From an uncultured delta proteobacterium (GTDB lineage: Bacteria > Myxococcota_A > UBA9160 > UBA4427): a DNA stretch of 64,000 nt. The position numbers were made by a program, and so were the translations under genes. The notes beneath the pieces are model-generated. The model ran no database searches, was not told the DNA's origin, and worked only from the letters and a program-made list of their open reading frames with translations. This document shows positions 58,872 through 64,000 of the stretch, piece after piece; the first letter of the stretch is position 1, and each line of letters opens with the position of its first letter. The stretch covers positions 480,001-544,000 of the forward strand of contig CAWGJT010000006.1 in the NCBI GenBank assembly GCA_963822965.1. The letters are read 5' to 3'.

Positions 58872-59034
58872 GTCCTCTCCCGATCCCCGGATGTCGGACC
58901 CACGCAGGTTGTTCACGCCGAAACGCGCTGAGCCCTGCCATCAGCGGGACCTTCCCGAGGGCTCGGCGAGGCCGCTGGTGATTCTAGTGGGTGATCCCGG
59001 GTCGTAGCGAGCCGCCCCGATGTGCCGAGATTCG

Positions 59035-59188
59035 AGGGGCATGGCGGTAGGCCCAGCGGCGGTCGAGAGTCTTTGCCGTTGGTACGCGGCGTGTAGGGAC
59101 CGGCGAAGCGCTGTCGGACGCCGTTCTCCAGCAGAGCCCCTCGACTGTGAACAACCCCATCAGGCACCACACCCAGCCCAGGAGCCAC
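59035..59188 (-). pseudogene. IS481-family transposase remnant
   Basis: GVRQRFAGPYTPRTNGK (59072-59098), continuing after a frameshift as KTLDRRWAY; matches the IS481 integrase-core PYTPRTNGK...WAY pattern. Confidence 0.65.
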
Positions 59189-59212
59189 CGCGGGGTCGCC
59201 TCGGGGGTCGGC

Positions 59213-62200
59213 TCACGAGGCCGAAGCCGCGACCAGAAACAGCGGGCTGCGGCTGGACACCTGGAGCAGCACGGGCAGCACCACGAGCACCAGCGGGAGC
59301 TGGAAGACCAGACCGGACACGATGGCGATCGCCAGCGGCTGGAGCATGGCCGAGCCCTCGCCGATGCCGAGAGCCAACGGCGCCAGGGCGAGGATGGCGG
59401 CGAAGGTGGTCATCGCGATCGGACGCATGCGATTCGCCCCGGCTCGAATGAAACGCTCCTCGGAAGCCGGTAGCTCCACGTATTCCGAATAGTAGAAGAT
59501 TGCGACTTCGGTCACGATGCCGATGATCATTGTCATGCCCATGCGAGAGGTGATGTTGAACTCGGTGCCGGTCACCCACAAGCCGAGATACACGCCCGCC
59601 ACCGCGAGCAACGTCGTCACCAGCATCGCTCCGGCCACGCGGAAGGTCTCGTAGAGGAAGAGGAGCAGAAGAAAGACGAGCGCAACGGCAATGACGAGTA
59701 TGATCGTCAGCCCGCGAAAGGCGATCTGCTGCTGCTCGTAGAGCCCACCCAGGGAGAAGGTGACACCATCGGGCAGCAGCCCGCGTTCGCTGAGCACCGT
59801 CTTCACCTCGGCGACGGTGGAGCCGAGGTCGCGACCGGCGATGCGGCCGGTCACGGCGACCATCCGCTTGAGGTCGTCGCGCGTGATTTCAGGCTGGCCG
59901 ATGACGGGGGTGAGCGTCGCCACACGCTTGAGTGGAAAGAGGTGACCGTCCGCGGCACGCAGCAACAGGTTGCCGAGATCGGCCTCCGTCCTTCGATCCG
60001 CCTGCGGGATCCAGACGCGCACCCCGATCACCTTCGGTCCGCGCTGGATGCCCGACGTGACGGCACCGCCGAGAAAGTCGCCGACCGCCTGGGTGATCGC
60101 GTCGGGGTCCATCCCCTCGAGGCCCGCCTTGACGCGATTCACCTCGATGTTCAACGCGTCACCGGCCGGGACGATGCCGTCCTTGACCTCGATCACGCCA
60201 TCGACCTTCGAGATCGCCTCGGCCACGGCGGGGCCGACCTGCTCCAGGACGGATTCTTCGTTGGAATAGAGCTTGATCTCGATCGGCTGCGGGACGCTGG
60301 TGAGGTCGCCGATGAGATCCTCCATGAGCTGGGCGGTCTCGATTTGGAGGCCGGGCACCGTCCTCTCGACCCGGGTGCGAACGTCTTCCATGATGGTCTC
60401 GATCGGCCGGCGGGGAAGCGGCACCAGGCGGACGAAGAAATCCCCGACGTTCGCCTCCGAGATCCCGCCCCCGAGCTGAAGCCCGGTCCGTCGCGAGTAG
60501 GTCTGAACGTCCGGAGTGGCCCGAAGGATGTCCTCGACCCGCCGAAGCAGTCGATCCGTCTCGGAGAGCGAGGTGCCGGGCGGCGAGAGGTAGTCGAGAA
60601 TGAAGCCTCCCTCGTCCATCACGGGCATGAATCCGGTGGCCCCGTTGCGGAAGCCGAGCACTCCGCCGCCCACCAGCGGAACGAGAAAGAGCAGCACGAG
60701 CCACGGGCGGGCGAAGAGCACCCGCATGAGGCGTTCGTAGAGACTCGGGACCGGGCCCGAGAAACGACCGCCTTCCTCCCGGACGTCCCGTTCGGTCAGG
60801 AGGCGCGCCGCGAGGATGGGAACGCCGACGAGCGAAAGGAAGAAGGAGATCACGAGGCTCGACGCCATCGTCAGCGAGAGCGCCTTGAAGAACGCGCCCG
60901 TCACTCCGGAAAGGAAGGCCAGCGGTGTGAAGATGATGATCGTGGCCGACGACGATCCAACCAGGGGCCGCGTGAACTCCGTCGCCGCCGCCAGCACCCG
61001 CTCGCGAATCCCCCCTTCCCCTCCCTCGCGGACGCGGCGGACGATGTGCTCGATCATGACGATGGCATCGTCGATGATGAGACCGACCGCCGCCGCCATG
61101 CCGCCGAGCGTCATGATGTTGAAGCTCATCCCGAGCACGGAGAGCAGCAGAATGGTCGCAGCCAGCACGGCGGGCACCGTGAGGATGGCGATGAACGTCA
61201 CCTTCCAGTCGCGCAGGAAGACGAGCAGCACGAGCGCGGCCAGGGCGATCCCGACGAGCACGGCGTCGCGGGTACTCGAGGCGGAAGCGATGATCAGGTC
61301 GCTCTGGTCGTACCAGTTGGCGACCCGAACGTCCGCGGGAAGCTGCTTCTCGAGCTCGGCGAGCTTCGCCTTGACGCCTTCCGCGATCTGGACGGTATTC
61401 CCTCCGGGCTGCTGGTAGACCTGGAAGAGAACGGCGTCGCGGCCGTCGGCGGTCACGCGAATCCACTGCGGCTGGGTGGAGCGCTCGACCGCCGCGACGT
61501 CGTCGAGCAGGACGACTCCGTATGGCGTCGACCGGAGGACGGTCCGGGAGATCTCCTCGAGGTTCTTGAACCGGGTATCGGAGATGACGAGGTAGAGCTT
61601 GTCGTTCTCTTCGAGCCGGCCTACCGCCGTGAGCACGTTCGAAGCGGAGAGCGCCTTGGCCACGTCGGCGAGCGTGAGGCCGAAGGATTGGAGCTTGGCC
61701 ACGTCGGCCACGACGCGGAATTCCTCGACGCGGCCCCCCTGCACGCCGATGCGGGAGACGCCGGTCACGGTCGTCAGCGCCGGTCGCAGGGTGTAGAGGG
61801 CGAGATCGCGCAGCTCGGTGAGCGGTCGCGCGTTCGAGGTGAGGCTGTAGGCGATCACCGGAAACACGGTGGGATCCATGCGCTCGGCGTCGAACGAGGT
61901 GCCCGGCGGCAACGCCGGTATCACCTTGTTCACCTCCGACTCGGCCTGGAGCAGGGCGCTCGTCATGTCCTGGCCCCAGTCGAAGTTCACGGAGATCTGC
62001 GCGCTGCCCCGGCTCGTCGTGGAGCGCACGCCGCGCACGCCGGGGATGGCGCGGACGGCTTCTTCGATGGGTGTCGTCACCTCGACGACCATGCGCTCGG
62101 CCGGCCGGTCGCCGGCCTCGAGATCGATGCGGACGCGCGGGAAGCTGACCTGCGGAAAGAGGCTCACCGGGAGCTGGCAGCTGCTCATCGCCCCGGCCGC

Positions 62201-62266
62201 TGCGAGCACGGCGAAGAGGAAGAGGAGCGAGCGGGAGTGGCGGTGCGTCCAATCGGAGAAGTTCAT
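59213..62266 (-). CDS. RND permease (AcrB/CusA family)
   Basis: LPVSLFP, IEEAV..IPGV, FNIMTLGG..AVGLIIDDAIV, RMRPIAMTT, QPLAIA; in frame with the upstream MFP with no intervening stop. Confidence 0.92.
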   Translation of the reverse strand: MNFSDWTHRHSRSLLFLFAVLAAAGAMSSCQLPVSLFPQVSFPRVRIDLEAGDRPAERMVVEVTTPIEEAVRAIPGVRGVRSTTSRGSAQISVNFDWGQDMTSALLQAESEVNKVIPALPPGTSFDAERMDPTVFPVIAYSLTSNARPLTELRDLALYTLRPALTTVTGVSRIGVQGGRVEEFRVVADVAKLQSFGLTLADVAKALSASNVLTAVGRLEENDKLYLVISDTRFKNLEEISRTVLRSTPYGVVLLDDVAAVERSTQPQWIRVTADGRDAVLFQVYQQPGGNTVQIAEGVKAKLAELEKQLPADVRVANWYDQSDLIIASASSTRDAVLVGIALAALVLLVFLRDWKVTFIAILTVPAVLAATILLLSVLGMSFNIMTLGGMAAAVGLIIDDAIVMIEHIVRRVREGGEGGIRERVLAAATEFTRPLVGSSSATIIIFTPLAFLSGVTGAFFKALSLTMASSLVISFFLSLVGVPILAARLLTERDVREEGGRFSGPVPSLYERLMRVLFARPWLVLLFLVPLVGGGVLGFRNGATGFMPVMDEGGFILDYLSPPGTSLSETDRLLRRVEDILRATPDVQTYSRRTGLQLGGGISEANVGDFFVRLVPLPRRPIETIMEDVRTRVERTVPGLQIETAQLMEDLIGDLTSVPQPIEIKLYSNEESVLEQVGPAVAEAISKVDGVIEVKDGIVPAGDALNIEVNRVKAGLEGMDPDAITQAVGDFLGGAVTSGIQRGPKVIGVRVWIPQADRRTEADLGNLLLRAADGHLFPLKRVATLTPVIGQPEITRDDLKRMVAVTGRIAGRDLGSTVAEVKTVLSERGLLPDGVTFSLGGLYEQQQIAFRGLTIILVIAVALVFLLLLFLYETFRVAGAMLVTTLLAVAGVYLGLWVTGTEFNITSRMGMTMIIGIVTEVAIFYYSEYVELPASEERFIRAGANRMRPIAMTTFAAILALAPLALGIGEGSAMLQPLAIAIVSGLVFQLPLVLVVLPVLLQVSSRSPLFLVAASAS

Positions 62267-63340
62267 CGCGAGGTGGTCCACGGCCATGCCGTCCTCGAGC
62301 TCGGCGTTCCCCACCGTGACGACGAGATCGCCAGGCTCGAGGGCGTCGCCAAGGACCTCGGCTTCTCCGTCGGACACCACGCCGAGCCGGACCCGGTGGG
62401 CGACAGCCCGACCGTCGCGAACGGTGAACAGCTGCCACGCGTCGTCCTTCGGGAGGACGCTGGAGCGCGGAACCACGAGAGCGTCCTTCGATTCACGGGC
62501 GATGCTCGCCCGCAGGTATCCGTCGAGCATCAGGCCGCTGTCGGGCGGCAGGGACACATAGACGTCCACCAGGCGGGTCGCAGGATTGATGCGGCGAGTC
62601 ACGAGGCGCACCGTTCCACCGATCTCGCGGCTGGCCGGCTGGTTGACCGGAAGCAGGGCGACGCTCTGCCCGACCGAGACCGCGACGAGATCCTCCGGCT
62701 CGACGCCGATCTTCGCTTCGATCTCGTCGGTCGCGATGATCTCGACGAGCGCGGCCCCGCCCGCGACGAGCTGGCCGTCCTGCACCGCCACGTTGGCGAC
62801 GATTCCCTCGGAGGGCGCGCGGAGGAGGCCCGCCGTATCGGCGCCTTCGCGTTCCAGGCTCGCGAGCTGCAGCGCGGCCTGGGTGGCCGCCCTCTCGGCG
62901 GAGTTGAGATCCTGATTGGTGGCGAGCTTCAGGTCGAACCGCTCCTGGGTCTGCTTCAGCTCCTTCCGAGCGAGGTCCGCCGCGCTGCGCGCCTGGTTGA
63001 CCTGCAGCTGCGTGGAAGGACTGGCGGCGATCGCGAGCAGGGGGTCGCCCTTCTCGACCGGCTGACCGGGAGCGACGAGGACGTGGCTCACCCGTGCCTC
63101 GTAGGCGACCGAGGTCGTCTGGAGCTTCCCCGGTTGGGCGATGACGCTGCCGTAGGCGGTGACGGTCTCCGCGATCGTCTTGCGGCCCACCTTCACCGCC
63201 TCGACGAACGCGGTGGTCGCGTTCGATTCCGAGCCCGAGCCCGCGGGCGGCTCGGGCTCGGAGCACGCCGACCACCAGCCTACCGCGAGGACGACGCTGG
63301 CAATCGGGACCGCGAGGACAAGGATTCGGCGCGGGCTCAT
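62267..63340 (-). CDS. RND membrane fusion protein (reads through into the permease)
   Basis: N-terminal TM, lipoyl-like halves (V.PGQ.V.KGDPL; RAP..G.V), LVVPRS, LEDGMAV; no stop codon of its own. Confidence 0.85.
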
Positions 63341-64000
63341 GAGTCGTGGATCTGCGGCAGATAGCGTCCGGAGGCGATCTCCAGGGCCACCCACGCTTCG
63401 ATCAGCTGCTGCTCGAGCTTGAGCAGCTCGACCTGGCGAAGGACGAGGTTGTAGCGAGTCTGGTAGTAGCTGATCACGTCCGTGTTTCCCTCGTCGAGGG
63501 CTGACTTCGCCGTCGTCACCAGTCGCTCGAGAGTCGGCACGGCTCTCGCCGCCTCGGCCACCTGGCGGTCGATCAGCCGGATGTCGGACAGCGCAGTCGC
63601 GATGTCGGAGTGAGCTCGAAAGACGCGGTCGGCGTATTCGTCGAAGAGCTTCTGGCGCGTCGCACGCTCGCTGGCGATCGTGCCTTGATTCCGATCGAAG
63701 AGGGGGAGGTCCAGGGTGACGCCGAAACCGACGGTCTGCACGTCGGACGTGTCCCCTGCGCGGTTGAAGCCGATGGAAATCCTCGGGAACTGGGCGAGGA
63801 TGGCCGCGCGCAGGTTGGCGTCCTCGCTCTCGTAGCCGGCCTTCAACGCGAGAAGATCGAGACGGTGGGTCTCCACTCCGGTCGTCAACTCGGACTCGGA
63901 CGGTGGTTCGAGCCGGGTCGGCAATCGGGGGGTCTCGATGCGGGCGGGCGTATCCGAGGGGAATCCCATCGCCCGATTCAGCGCGAGACGCTCCCGCGCC
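63337..64000 (-). CDS. TolC-family outer membrane protein, 5'-truncated by window edge
   Basis: RLDL, QFPRI, LPLFDRNQG; ATGA overlap with the MFP. Confidence 0.85.
   Translation of the reverse strand, partial: ARERLALNRAMGFPSDTPARIETPRLPTRLEPPSESELTTGVETHRLDLLALKAGYESEDANLRAAILAQFPRISIGFNRAGDTSDVQTVGFGVTLDLPLFDRNQGTIASERATRQKLFDEYADRVFRAHSDIATALSDIRLIDRQVAEAARAVPTLERLVTTAKSALDEGNTDVISYYQTRYNLVLRQVELLKLEQQLIEAWVALEIASGRYLPQIHDS

Noticed and set aside
56623..58941. 772-aa ORF suggesting a Topo VI-dehydratase fusion
   Set aside because: Topo VI-A is in a different frame with its own stop; the dehydratase starts at TTG 57567
1..64000. tRNA, rRNA, integrase, phage or anti-phage defence genes
   Set aside because: None recognisable by eye; a tRNAscan/Infernal/DefenseFinder run would be needed to exclude them formally

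Overview
High-GC bacterial DNA. Gene content (hybrid kinase, GT-C/sulfatase genes, F420-type LLM enzymes, archaeal-type topoisomerase VI subunit A) suggests a Myxococcota-like organism; this is inference only. About 50 real CDSs are present, and most long ORFs in the track are GC-rich shadow frames. Layout: (1) 1-11.6 kb: hybrid sensor kinase, a tandem 209-bp IS1380-type MITE pair, two GT-C membrane glycosyltransferases, a sulfatase-like lipoprotein, a ParB-like protein, Fpg and an intact IS1380. (2) 11.8-31.7 kb: lipid/aromatic catabolism and housekeeping genes, including a sigma54-preceded P450 divergent from an active+degenerate ferritin-like pair, a leader-peptide-attenuated ABC transporter/DUF1854 pair, and a PTPS-III/folP pair. 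(3) 31.8-49.8 kb: a heavy-metal island. An ECF sigma/anti-sigma pair, CopA, CusCBA (translationally coupled to beta-PGM and a GH65 phosphorylase) and a divergent MacB-type ABC system with a YHS-fused ATPase all lie downstream of one promoter motif, GTCAC(G/C)-N16-CGTA. This is the best candidate for an undescribed system. (4) 49.8-58.9 kb: transporters, hydrolases and an orphan Topo VI-A with a histone-like tail. (5) 59-64 kb: an IS481 scar and a second RND system whose MFP and permease are in one frame. No CRISPR array, rRNA or tRNA was seen. All family calls come from motif recognition by eye; no database searches were run.
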